A stretch of DNA of 64,000 nucleotides from positions 128,809-192,808 of the forward strand of contig CAWGXL010000011.1 in the NCBI GenBank assembly GCA_963826535.1, given 5' to 3'. The position numbers were made by a program, and so were the translations under genes. Under the pieces are notes generated by a model. It was given only the letters and a program-made list of their open reading frames with translations, had not been told where the DNA came from and ran no database searches. This DNA comes from an uncultured bacterium. GTDB lineage: Bacteria; Patescibacteriota; Microgenomatia; Levybacterales; UBA12049. Positions 39,813-49,062 of this stretch are shown here, in pieces (position 1 is the stretch's first letter; every line of letters begins with the position of its first letter).

Positions 39813-40721
39813 ATGACCTTCTTTGATAAATTTGAACTCCTGAAAAAATCCATTCCTGTTCCGGCGGTGACGATTGTAGATACTGTGGATTGTGAATATG
39901 TAGATGGCGTCTATCTAAGCAAAAATTGTTACTTTTGTTTCGTTTGCTTTGATCTTGAAGACGGTGCTTATAACACACTAGGATTCTATTGTAAAAAACT
40001 TGTAGATTGTGACGCAGTGGATGCGTCAGAGAAATGCTATGAAAGCATAAATTCTTCTAAATGTTACAATTCTACATATCTAATAGATTGTAATAGCTGT
40101 ACCGATTGTCATTTTTCAACATTTTTGATTTCTTGCACTGATTGTTTTGGATGTGTTGGATTAACTCATAAAAAATATTGTATCTTTAACAAACAGTTCT
40201 CCAAAGGAGAATACTTTAAGAGTGTAGAAGAATTAAAAAAAGAGAAGCCGGAAAAGATCCTGGCCAAAATGTTTAAACTGAAACAAACCATACCCCATCC
40301 TGCCAGCCAACAGTTTAACAATGAAAATTGTCCATATGGAGATTATATAATTGGCTCAAAGAACATGTATTGGAGTTTTAATAGTTATTATGGTGAAAAC
40401 TCCGGATATACATATGTTACAGGACTTATAAAAAACTGCTGGGATATATTATTGGGAGGGGGAAATCGAACTAAAAAAACTTATTCTGAGCGATGCTATG
40501 AACTTTCGTATTCAAACCATTGTTATAACTCCGCGTTTTTACAAGATTGTTTTGATTGCACCAATTGTTCTTATAATACATACCTAAGAAACTGTTCGGA
40601 TTGTTTTGGTTGTGTCGGGTTAACAAACAAAAAATACTGCATATTTAATAATCAGCTTACAAAAGAGCAGTATGGAAAAACCGTTAAAGTGATAAAAAAA
40701 GAGCTTGGGTGGAATTATTAG
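39813..40721 (+). CDS. Cys-rich repeat protein, paralog 2
   Basis: same architecture and termini (ELLKKSIPV...IKKELGW) as paralog 1. Confidence 0.8.
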   Translation: MTFFDKFELLKKSIPVPAVTIVDTVDCEYVDGVYLSKNCYFCFVCFDLEDGAYNTLGFYCKKLVDCDAVDASEKCYESINSSKCYNSTYLIDCNSCTDCHFSTFLISCTDCFGCVGLTHKKYCIFNKQFSKGEYFKSVEELKKEKPEKILAKMFKLKQTIPHPASQQFNNENCPYGDYIIGSKNMYWSFNSYYGENSGYTYVTGLIKNCWDILLGGGNRTKKTYSERCYELSYSNHCYNSAFLQDCFDCTNCSYNTYLRNCSDCFGCVGLTNKKYCIFNNQLTKEQYGKTVKVIKKELGWNY

Positions 40722-40729
40722 TTATTAAA

Positions 40730-42113
40730 ATGAGCAGCAAGCAAAAATTACAATCTATTAATCCTTCAAACTATCAAGCTCTAGGAACAGTTGATATTTC
40801 AACAGCTCAAGAGATTGAAGGAAAAGTTAAGCTTGCAAGAAGCGCGCAAAAGAAATGGGCTGATTTGGGTATTGCCAATAGAGTATCGGTTTTGAAAAAT
40901 GCTTTTGAAGATTTTAAAAAACAAAAAGAAATGTTTATTCTATTGCAGTCAAGAGAGATGGGAATGCCCGTTAACGAATCTCTTATTGATTTTAATTCAA
41001 CCATTGATTATGCAAATTGGAATTTTGAAAATGCAGAAAAGTATTTAAGGCCTGAAACCACTTTTGAAAATGAGCGCGAAATCCACCAAGTTTTTCATGA
41101 ACCCATCGGCGTTTCGGCAGCTATTGTTCCTTGGAATTTTCCTTTCGCAAATTTTGTATGGGGCACTCTTCAAAGTTTAATCGCCGGCAATACAGTTGTT
41201 TTCAAACATTCCGAAGGAATGTCCGTTATGTGGAAAATTCATAGATGAGATTTTTACTAAGCACTTACCCAAAGGAGTTTTTAATGAGGTGTATGGAGGC
41301 GGAGAAGTTGGAAATTCACTAGTTAATCAAAACATTAATATGATTGCTTTTACGGGGAGCACTAAGACCGGAAAGAAGATATATGAGATAGCAGGAAAGA
41401 AATTCATAAAAGCAGTAATGGAGTTAGGTGGATCTGCGCCTGGCGTAGTATTTGAGGATGCCGATCTTGATTTAGCTGTTGGGAATATCTGCTTCAATAG
41501 GTTACTTAATCAGGGGCAATGTTGCGATGGGTTAAAACGCCTTATCGTGCATGAAAGTATATTTGATGAAGTTGTGAAAAAAGTTGCTACTACTTTTTCA
41601 GCTAAAAAGGTAGGAAACGCTACAGACAAGCATACTGAAGTCGGCCCACTTGTTGCGAAAAGACAACTTGAATTGCTTATTTCTCAGGTTGAAGACGCAA
41701 AGACAAAAGGCGCAAAAGTGATTACGGGTGGCAATTCACTTGAAGACAAACTAGGCGGCGCGTTTTTTGAGCCAACAGTATTAACAGGTATTACAAACGA
41801 CATGCGGGTCTGGAATGAAGAAGTGTTTGGTCCGGTTTTGCCAATTGTAAAATTTAAAACCGAACAAGAAGCAATTGAGCTTGCCAATCAGACGGTTTAT
41901 GGCTTAGGTTCGTATGTGTTTACAAACGATAAAGATAAAGCAGAGAGAGTAACAAGCGCGATTGAATCCGGCATGGTGAGCGTCAATGGCACAAATTATA
42001 TTATGCCGTTTAATCCATTTGGAGGCTACAAAAATTCCGGAATTGGAAGAGAACATGGTAGATATGGGTTTGACGTAGTGACGCAGATAAAGATTATTGC
42101 TAAAAATAAATAA
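40730..42113 (+). pseudogene. aldehyde dehydrogenase split by a 1-nt frameshift near 41216
   Basis: PWNFP, GNTVVFKHSE then ECP, FTGS, ELGG, GQCC, EEVFGP; removing one G restores KHSEECP. Confidence 0.85.
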
Positions 42114-42193
42114 AGACGCCAGCCCATCAAGCGTACGACAAGGTAAATATTTAGTGGCAGAAACTTTTTCCTAGATGATATAATTCTCAAATC

Positions 42194-43336
42194 ATGGTAG
42201 GAGCTGAAAGAAGTGAAGGACTATTAGAATATCCAAGAACTATTACTTTAGGTCATTTTTGGACAGGATTAATGACTGGTAGATTTGAACCTTTATCGGA
42301 CGATAAGAAAGCGGACTTGGATTTTGAATATCTAAAACACAAACCTCTAACATCTCCCAATCAGCAAGAAGTGGCAGACATTAAATGGGCTGTCCGTGAT
42401 GCTGTTGATTACGTTAATTCTGAAAAATTTAGAGCGCTTGCAGAAGATCAGTTGACGTATATAGATCCAGCTAAAATAGCAGAAGCTTTTAACTTTTCAG
42501 ATCGACAAAAATTTAGAGAGTGGCTTCAATATCCTCATCTCATAAATGTAAGCAGGATTAACGAAGATAACAGGCAAGTGTTTGAGGAATTTATAGAAAA
42601 AGCAGGGATCAAGCCCCTGTCTTCAGAGAATAAAGTGAGACTGTTATCTAACGTAGAAAATTGGCATAGTCTAAGATTTAAAGACGGTAGCACTGATATC
42701 CCCTTGACTCATCAAGAAATCGGGTCATTAGACAAATATTCTATGTTTGCTGATGAATCTAAAGAAGAAGTTCACAGAATAATAGAAACTAAAGAAAATT
42801 TTAGATCATTGACAGCAAGAGTAAGGCAAAGAGTTGGAAGAGATAAGTTAGCAGTTTTAGATGTAGGCGGGGGTAGTGGCCGAGCCTTACGAGATATGAA
42901 GGCAATAGACAGCGACATTGAAACGTTCAATCTGACTATGCACGAGCAACCTGTTATGTATCCTGTAGATCATGTGATTTTATGTCCGGCAGAAAGAATG
43001 CCAGCAGATTTTGAAGAGAGAATGGATATTATTATATCTAATATGGCTTTTACCCAAGTCAGCCTACCACATTTGGCAATGCGCAATGTGATTAAATCGC
43101 TTTCTGTGGGCGGGGAAGCAATGATAATGAATGTTGGAATAGATAAAGTTCCTAAGAGATTTGAACAAGAAGATGCAGAGGGTTTAGTATTGAACGCCGC
43201 TCAACAGATTAAAGAATTAGGTAATATGGGTCTAATAGATGTAAAATTTACTGGCTTACACGATAGGCATGGGTTAGATTTTCACTGGGTTAATATGAAT
43301 GTTGTAAAAAAGAAATCAGTTAAGGGGATTCTGTAA
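42194..43336 (+). CDS. hypothetical protein with C-terminal methyltransferase domain
   Basis: VLDVGGGSG, DIIIS, LSVGG. Confidence 0.7.
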   Translation: MVGAERSEGLLEYPRTITLGHFWTGLMTGRFEPLSDDKKADLDFEYLKHKPLTSPNQQEVADIKWAVRDAVDYVNSEKFRALAEDQLTYIDPAKIAEAFNFSDRQKFREWLQYPHLINVSRINEDNRQVFEEFIEKAGIKPLSSENKVRLLSNVENWHSLRFKDGSTDIPLTHQEIGSLDKYSMFADESKEEVHRIIETKENFRSLTARVRQRVGRDKLAVLDVGGGSGRALRDMKAIDSDIETFNLTMHEQPVMYPVDHVILCPAERMPADFEERMDIIISNMAFTQVSLPHLAMRNVIKSLSVGGEAMIMNVGIDKVPKRFEQEDAEGLVLNAAQQIKELGNMGLIDVKFTGLHDRHGLDFHWVNMNVVKKKSVKGIL

Positions 43337-43671
43337 TTTTAACAGACAATCACGAGCGCCTCATGATTTACAAAAAGTAGATTAAGTTTCTAAAAAATAA
43401 TGAGGATTATTGAGTTTTTTTCGGTTGACGGAGAAAAAAATGAGAGTTGAAAATTAAATAATTTCTCCTACTGATTTAGTAAATTGAAAATTACTAAAAA
43501 TTTTAGCCTCGAAAAATATTAAATTTTATTTGTGATTTTTACTGCAATAACAACTAAAATTAATAGTTTTGAAGCAATAAAAAAATCTTGACAATTTTAC
43601 GCATACGATACAGTATATATATTAGCCTGTAACTGACATAATTTTTAACAGGTTGGAGGGGGTGATAGAAC

Positions 43672-43701
43672 ATGGCAAAAAAGAAAAAGAAGAAGAAGTA
43701 G
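43672..43701 (+). CDS. putative 9-aa poly-lysine microprotein MAKKKKKKK
   Basis: strong SD GGAGGGGGTGA; mixed AAA/AAG codons; upstream TTGACA; downstream terminator. Confidence 0.55.
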   Translation: MAKKKKKKK

Positions 43702-43736
43702 GTTGGTATAATAGTATTACCAACTGATCAATTGGT

Positions 43737-43770
43737 AAAATCCCCTGCCCATTGGTGGGGGATTTTTTTT
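43737..43770 (+). terminator. intrinsic terminator, possibly bidirectional
   Basis: AAAATCCCC...GGGGATTTTTTTT. Confidence 0.8.
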
Positions 43771-43784
43771 GAAAGAGCAACGAT

Positions 43785-44651
43785 TCACTTCTTTTTTCTT
43801 GGTAATTTTTTGAGGACCAAAGCACCAGCTACACCAAGCAGTGATACTCCAAGTACTGCTGTGCCAATAATTAATAAATGCCTTTGGGGATCTTCCGCTT
43901 CACGATTATTAGAATCAAAGATAGCATCATTTCTGATATCCACATAGGATTGAGATATAAACCCGTTTTCATCTTTAATTTGTAGTGCGGGTGAGACATA
44001 GTTTAACAGTAGATATTTATGCCCAGTAGTAACCTGTTTACCTGTTTTCCCGTCTCCGAAATCCCAAAGGTATTCAATGATCTTGGACGTTGGAGCTATT
44101 GATTCAGAGGCGTCTAATACCAGATTGTTATTTAGGTTTATATCTAAACTCACCTTAGTTGGATCGTCAATTTTTTTACCGTTTACCTTTATCACCGCCT
44201 TCGGGAGTTGATAATTTTTATCGGGAATGATATTTAACTGAACAGATTCTATCAACTGAACAGGAATACTGGAATCAAATTCAGTGTTGATAGTCAATAT
44301 ATAAGAGCCTTTTTTTTTATACTGATGGGTATTTTTCAAGCCTTGGGCTTTTGTTCCGTCTCCGAAATCCCAGGAAAACTTAGTTTGGTTAATTATCTCC
44401 TCTGTAACGGCTTGTTTGAGTAAAGTTGTATCTATTTCAAATGTAATTGGCTGATTTACAAGGAAGTTATCCGAAGAAATATCCTGGGGCACTGTGAAGT
44501 TTGTAGGGTAAATCTCAACTGTTTGCAATAGAGATTCGTTAGGCAGCTCACCATTGATTTTGAAAAATGGAGGCAGACCCGCGCCATGAGCCTCAACAGC
44601 TTGAGGGAACATACATAGCAACAAGAATGCAAAAATGAGAGACTTCATCAT
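43785..44651 (-). CDS. exported PKD-domain protein with C-terminal TM anchor, predicted His1
   Basis: signal peptide ending AVEA-H; two WDFGDG motifs; C-terminal TM + KKLPRKKK. Confidence 0.8.
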   Translation of the reverse strand: MMKSLIFAFLLLCMFPQAVEAHGAGLPPFFKINGELPNESLLQTVEIYPTNFTVPQDISSDNFLVNQPITFEIDTTLLKQAVTEEIINQTKFSWDFGDGTKAQGLKNTHQYKKKGSYILTINTEFDSSIPVQLIESVQLNIIPDKNYQLPKAVIKVNGKKIDDPTKVSLDINLNNNLVLDASESIAPTSKIIEYLWDFGDGKTGKQVTTGHKYLLLNYVSPALQIKDENGFISQSYVDIRNDAIFDSNNREAEDPQRHLLIIGTAVLGVSLLGVAGALVLKKLPRKKK

Positions 44652-44683
44652 ATAGCTATTGTACCAAATATAGCTATTGTACC

Positions 44684-44716
44684 AAAAAGGGCGGTTGTTA
44701 CACCGCCCTCTCTTTT
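44684..44716 (-). terminator. probable intrinsic terminator after ycnI
   Basis: AGGGCGG...CCGCCCT hairpin with flanking A/T runs. Confidence 0.65.
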
Positions 44717-44766
44717 GTCCCGATTGAATCGAGATTGCTCTAAGTATTAATTGTGCATGCTTTGCT

Positions 44767-45441
44767 TTATCTTTTCTTTCGCGTTTGCATCCACAAAGAA
44801 ACACCTGCTCCAACCAGCGCTAATACGCTTAGGATTAAAGGTAAATTGTTTTGTGTTGAACCCTCTACTGCTGCAGTATTTGCAGATGCACCAGGACCAG
44901 GCGCGGCAGAAAGGTCATTTCTGACATTAGTCACAGAAAATGGATTAGGAGCATTTTCATCATGCTCACCTTCTATATGAGGATTATTTTTTGCATATTC
45001 CTCAACCGTTTTTGCGTCCTTATCCCATGCGACTACTTCTCCGCTACCATAAGTTTGGTATGCCAACCAGTTTAAGGATGTTTCCTCTGCCGGAGCTTGA
45101 GCACTAAAAACAAATTCATCTCTTTGTTCAGCAGGAATACTTCCTCCTGACCAAATGATTTCTGTAACTTTAGCGTCCTCTCCAACACCTGCCTTTTTAA
45201 GTTGTATTGTCCAACCCGGCTTAACATTAGGTCTGACGCTCTGTAATCCTTCCGGAATAAGAAGTCTTAAACCAATAGTAGGAGTGTCTTCTTCAGTGGG
45301 CACACTGACAACAAAGTTGGTACGCTGCGCAACCCCAACCTCGCTTGGTCTTACAACCACATGCGCCAATGCGGGTGCAGCACTTAGGCTTAATCCCATT
45401 ATGGTAACAAGCACTACGCTAATATATTTTTTAATATTCAT
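44767..45441 (-). CDS. ycnI: YcnI (DUF1775) family copper-binding membrane-anchored protein
   Basis: signal peptide ALA-HVVVRP, VPTE, KPGW, IIWSGG, QTY...VAW; C-terminal TM. Confidence 0.88.
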   Translation of the reverse strand: MNIKKYISVVLVTIMGLSLSAAPALAHVVVRPSEVGVAQRTNFVVSVPTEEDTPTIGLRLLIPEGLQSVRPNVKPGWTIQLKKAGVGEDAKVTEIIWSGGSIPAEQRDEFVFSAQAPAEETSLNWLAYQTYGSGEVVAWDKDAKTVEEYAKNNPHIEGEHDENAPNPFSVTNVRNDLSAAPGPGASANTAAVEGSTQNNLPLILSVLALVGAGVSLWMQTRKKR

Positions 45442-45507
45442 ATAAATCACCTCCTTTCATTATGGACTAGGCAATAATTTGCCAGTAAACGAATACTTAG
45501 AGCTGGA

Positions 45508-45527
45508 CCTGCCTGCCGGCAGGCAGG
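45508..45527. repeat. second copy of the CCTGCCTGCCGGCAGGCAGG palindrome
   Basis: identical to 7232-7251. Confidence 0.85.
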
Positions 45528-45531
45528 AAAA

Positions 45532-45897
45532 TTAAGAGAAAACAGGAGGTGATCTATTGTTTACCGAAGGGGTAAATAGGAACGGACGAAAAACATTAGG
45601 ATTATTTTCACTTTCCTGAACAAAAGTAACACTAGTAAAAACTTCAAACGGAACTGTGGTATCGCTAATTTGGGGTATACAGCAAGGATGGTGCTCCTTG
45701 GAATCTGCTGTTTGGTGATGATAGGCAAATGTTAACTTAGCAGGATTTAAGTGGATTGCAGTAAAAACAACAAGAAGCGTAATGACTAATACTTGAAACT
45801 TTGATAAATTTAAAAGTTTATCTTTAAGAAGAATTATGAAAGCTAAGACTAAGGGAGTAAAAATTAGAAGATAATGTGCTAAATGATCATGCTCCAT
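45532..45897 (-). CDS. membrane leader protein with His/Cys cluster and C-terminal RSPP (DUF2946/CutF-like arrest peptide candidate)
   Basis: 2 TM, HH...EHHPCC, ends NNRSPPVFS; lies upstream of ycnI. Confidence 0.7.
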   Translation of the reverse strand: MEHDHLAHYLLIFTPLVLAFIILLKDKLLNLSKFQVLVITLLVVFTAIHLNPAKLTFAYHHQTADSKEHHPCCIPQISDTTVPFEVFTSVTFVQESENNPNVFRPFLFTPSVNNRSPPVFS

Positions 45898-45898
45898 A

Positions 45899-46478
45899 TT
45901 ATTTTTTTGCTGTACTTTTTATGCCTTTTTTAATAACAACCCAAATTAAAAGTGCGACTGCTAAAAAGCCGACTGAGATATGAAAAATATGCGTTAAAAC
46001 CCAGTTATTAATTTCAGGTTGGGCAGGTGCGGTTTGTTCTGCTGCTGTTTGTAAATTCTCGGATATTCTTTCTACCCGTAAGTCATATTCTAGCGTAAAA
46101 TCATTGAAAGCTCCAGGAGAATTAGGCTTCCCTACAATTCTTACTTTATAAACATCTCTTTGCGGAAATGTAAAGGACAGGCTGGCATTTGAAAGAGAAG
46201 GATTGGTATTATTAGAAAAAAGCTGCTGACTAAAAATTTCTTTTCCTGATTGCAAAATAGAAATAGTGCAATCGCAGTCAACAGGCTTAAATTTATTTTC
46301 TTTATCTTTAAACTCAAAGTAGAAATCACTTTGTTCACCAGCAATTGGATCATCTTCTGGGGGTAACATGCATCACCGCCCCTACTGAACCACTTGCTTT
46401 TAGTACATGAGCGTAAGCGGCATTGGAAGAAGTAAAAAGGATAAATACTAACAAAAATGAAGCTAAGATATGTATCAT
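45899..46478 (-). pseudogene. exported protein with C-terminal TM, frameshifted in a C5 run
   Basis: MIHILASF...AAYA-HVLK...VMHVT joins PEDDPIAG if one base of the run at 46359-46363 is removed. Confidence 0.75.
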
Positions 46479-46580
46479 AAACCTTACCTAATAAAGATAT
46501 TCTACTGGATTTGGGCTGTAAAGTCAGCTGGTAATGCTGTGCATCCGGCTATGGTAACTGTTCACAAGTCTAACATGAAA

Positions 46581-46652
46581 TTGTCATCGCGATCCCGATT
46601 TAATCGGGAGTGGCGATCTTTAAAGATTGCTTCGCTACGCTCGCAATGACAA
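46581..46652. repeat. REP-like palindromic element
   Basis: TTGTCATCGCGA...TCGCAATGACAA with nested TCCCGATTTAATCGGGA; outer GGTAACTGTTCAC / GTGAACTGTTACC flanks. Confidence 0.85.
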
Positions 46653-46734
46653 AATCGTATCAGAACCGTGAACTGTTACCGGTTATGCAGGAGCTTGACT
46701 TTAAATATATATCTGGTGTATTTTGTATATAGCT

Positions 46735-47319
46735 ATGACTTTAAAGTCAACTTTCAAGATTTTTCTCCCACTCGCAATACTCCTTTTTGTCTTTCCATCA
46801 CCCGCACACGCTCATCTTATGGGAGGAAATGGAATTGTCAGCGGCTTGACTCATCCATTAATTGGTATCGACCACCTACTGGCAATGGTAGCTGTGGGAA
46901 TAATTAGCACACAAATTAAAGCCCGGACAATTTGGATTGTTCCTGCGGCTTTTATATGTTTCATGCTGGTTGGCGGGATACTTGCTATGAGTGTTGGTAT
47001 ACCGTTTATTGAAATAGGAATCGCATTATCTGTGCTTGTTTTAGGGATTGCAATAGCAATGGCACAAAAGTTTTCTCTTGGAATAGTCATAGCATGTGTT
47101 GCTTTTTTTGGGCTGTTTCATGGGCACGCACATGGTGGAGAAATGCCATTAATTGCTCATCCGGCATTGTATGCATCAGGCTTTGTGCTCTCCACAATAT
47201 TTCTACATTTTATGGGAGTATTGTTAGGACTTTACGCCCGTAGAACAAATTTGATGCTTAGAATGTTAAGGTTATCCGGGGCGGCAATAAGTATGGCCGG
47301 TGTCTTCTTCCTGTTATAA
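46735..47319 (+). CDS. HupE/UreJ family nickel/cobalt transporter
   Basis: AHA-H, GLTHPLIGIDHLLAMVAVG, FHGHAHGGE. Confidence 0.93.
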   Translation: MTLKSTFKIFLPLAILLFVFPSPAHAHLMGGNGIVSGLTHPLIGIDHLLAMVAVGIISTQIKARTIWIVPAAFICFMLVGGILAMSVGIPFIEIGIALSVLVLGIAIAMAQKFSLGIVIACVAFFGLFHGHAHGGEMPLIAHPALYASGFVLSTIFLHFMGVLLGLYARRTNLMLRMLRLSGAAISMAGVFFLL

Positions 47320-47356
47320 GTGGTTTTATTTTACTCATGTTACGCAATATCTTCCT

Positions 47357-47424
47357 CGTCATTCCTGCGAAAGCAGGAATCTTTTTAATGAAATTTCTGG
47401 ATTCCCGCCTGCGCGGGAATGACG
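47357..47424. repeat. REP/dRS3-like palindromic element
   Basis: CGTCATTCCTGCGAAAGCAGGAATC...GGATTCCCGCCTGCGCGGGAATGACG. Confidence 0.85.
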
Positions 47425-47439
47425 GTGCGTAAAGTGATT

Positions 47440-49008
47440 TTATTCTAAACTGATAGTAAAATCAGCGGTAAATAATTTATTGTCAGGATTAAACTCCGCA
47501 AAAACTCTATAAATACCGGGCTTTATTGGTCCGTATAAACCTAAAGGCAGGAACTTCACATCAGGACCACCGTTTTCGCTTGGTTTTGGAGCTACCAGAT
47601 TTGCAGGATGAACATGTAAATAATCATAGGTTTTCTGATTGATCATGACTAAATGACCGAATGAAGCGAGGTATGGCTTGAGTGTTGTAATAGGTTGTTT
47701 TGAAAAAGCATCTTTGATTGTAAAGGTAAGCTCCTGTTGGCCAACAGATAGTAGTTGCGCTTTGAGGGGTTTGGGGTAATTCAAGGTAACTTCATAATTT
47801 CCAAAAGTTTTTGAAAGAGCACTATCAGGCTGTGCATTTGAAACTGTTGTATTCACTACATTCCCAACATTTAGAGTAAAAGCAAATTGTTGCTCAATTG
47901 CACCTAGCGGCTGGAAGCCTTTGTAGAGATGATATATACCTATCTTGGGAAATTGTGTTGTGATATTAAACTCACTTGCGTTTTGTGCCGGGTGGATGTG
48001 ATTGAAATAATTTAACTCGCTATCAACGATGATAAGGTGACTAGGCCTTTCATATACTCTCGCGAATAGATTGACCCGGTTTCCGCTGGCAGCATCATAT
48101 ACCTTAAAAGTAAGCGGCACATCCTGGTTTGGCCTTACAATTTCCGGGTGGTCAAAATCAACTGTGAAGCGTCTTGTTTTATCTCCTTTGAGTCCGGGAA
48201 TATTTGGAAGACTATTAGATCCTAAATTTGAGTTGCCAAGCTGAGCTTGTTTGGCAATTTGAATATGTTGTGCATGTATTCCAAGAGATGATAGAGAATC
48301 CTTAGGAATTAGAGTCAGAAAAAAATAAGATGCAACAATCCCTATAACTAACGCAAAACTTATTCCAAACTGTGGAGCAAAGACAAGTTTCTTTTGCAAA
48401 AAAGCATCAAAACGCAGTGCTTCTAGTGCTAAAAGAAACATTAAAGCGATAAAAAGAATTTGAGGAATTAAGGTAGATAAATCATAAAAATGTGTCCCTA
48501 ACATTAAAGCGTGAATCAGGATAAAAACACCGGCTAAGTAGACAAAGCGATGGAGAAGTTTCCATCTTGGAAATGTCAATTTTGCAATAAAAGCGTCGAA
48601 GGAAGTTAAAGCCATAAGAAAAAGAATAATAAGTGCTATAAAACTTAGAGTTATAGCAAGCAGATATTTATCGCTTAAAAAGCCTAGCCCTTGAAAACCT
48701 CCCAGTTGGCCGAAAAATGACAGAAGCGCATGGAGCAAACCAAAATAAAAAGCGGAGACACCAATTGCCCGACGAGCTTTTAAGAACTGATCCCGAAATG
48801 GAAATTTTTGAAAAGAAAAACATAACGGCCCGACTAGTAGAGCTAAATATAAAAACGCAAGCGCTGTAAGAGCATAGATTTGCTGAAGACGGATTAGCTG
48901 TGTTTGCTCAGAGGAAGAAGTTGAAGTCACCCAGTAATAAACTCCAAGAGAGAATATCAAGCTAAAAACTATTACATAAAATCGTATATTCTTTAATAAA
49001 GAATCCAT
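47440..49008 (-). CDS. ferric-reductase-like (MsrQ/YedZ-type) TM domain fused to duplicated His-rich soluble domains
   Basis: RRAIGVSAFYFGLLH, ALTS, WKLLHRFVY...LIH; HLIIV...HIHP and GHLVMI...HVHP. Confidence 0.8.
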   Translation of the reverse strand: MDSLLKNIRFYVIVFSLIFSLGVYYWVTSTSSSEQTQLIRLQQIYALTALAFLYLALLVGPLCFSFQKFPFRDQFLKARRAIGVSAFYFGLLHALLSFFGQLGGFQGLGFLSDKYLLAITLSFIALIILFLMALTSFDAFIAKLTFPRWKLLHRFVYLAGVFILIHALMLGTHFYDLSTLIPQILFIALMFLLALEALRFDAFLQKKLVFAPQFGISFALVIGIVASYFFLTLIPKDSLSSLGIHAQHIQIAKQAQLGNSNLGSNSLPNIPGLKGDKTRRFTVDFDHPEIVRPNQDVPLTFKVYDAASGNRVNLFARVYERPSHLIIVDSELNYFNHIHPAQNASEFNITTQFPKIGIYHLYKGFQPLGAIEQQFAFTLNVGNVVNTTVSNAQPDSALSKTFGNYEVTLNYPKPLKAQLLSVGQQELTFTIKDAFSKQPITTLKPYLASFGHLVMINQKTYDYLHVHPANLVAPKPSENGGPDVKFLPLGLYGPIKPGIYRVFAEFNPDNKLFTADFTISLE

Positions 49009-49062
49009 AATACATTTACGCCTATAAAGCTAATTTTTGACAATTTCCAACCGAGATAAGTT

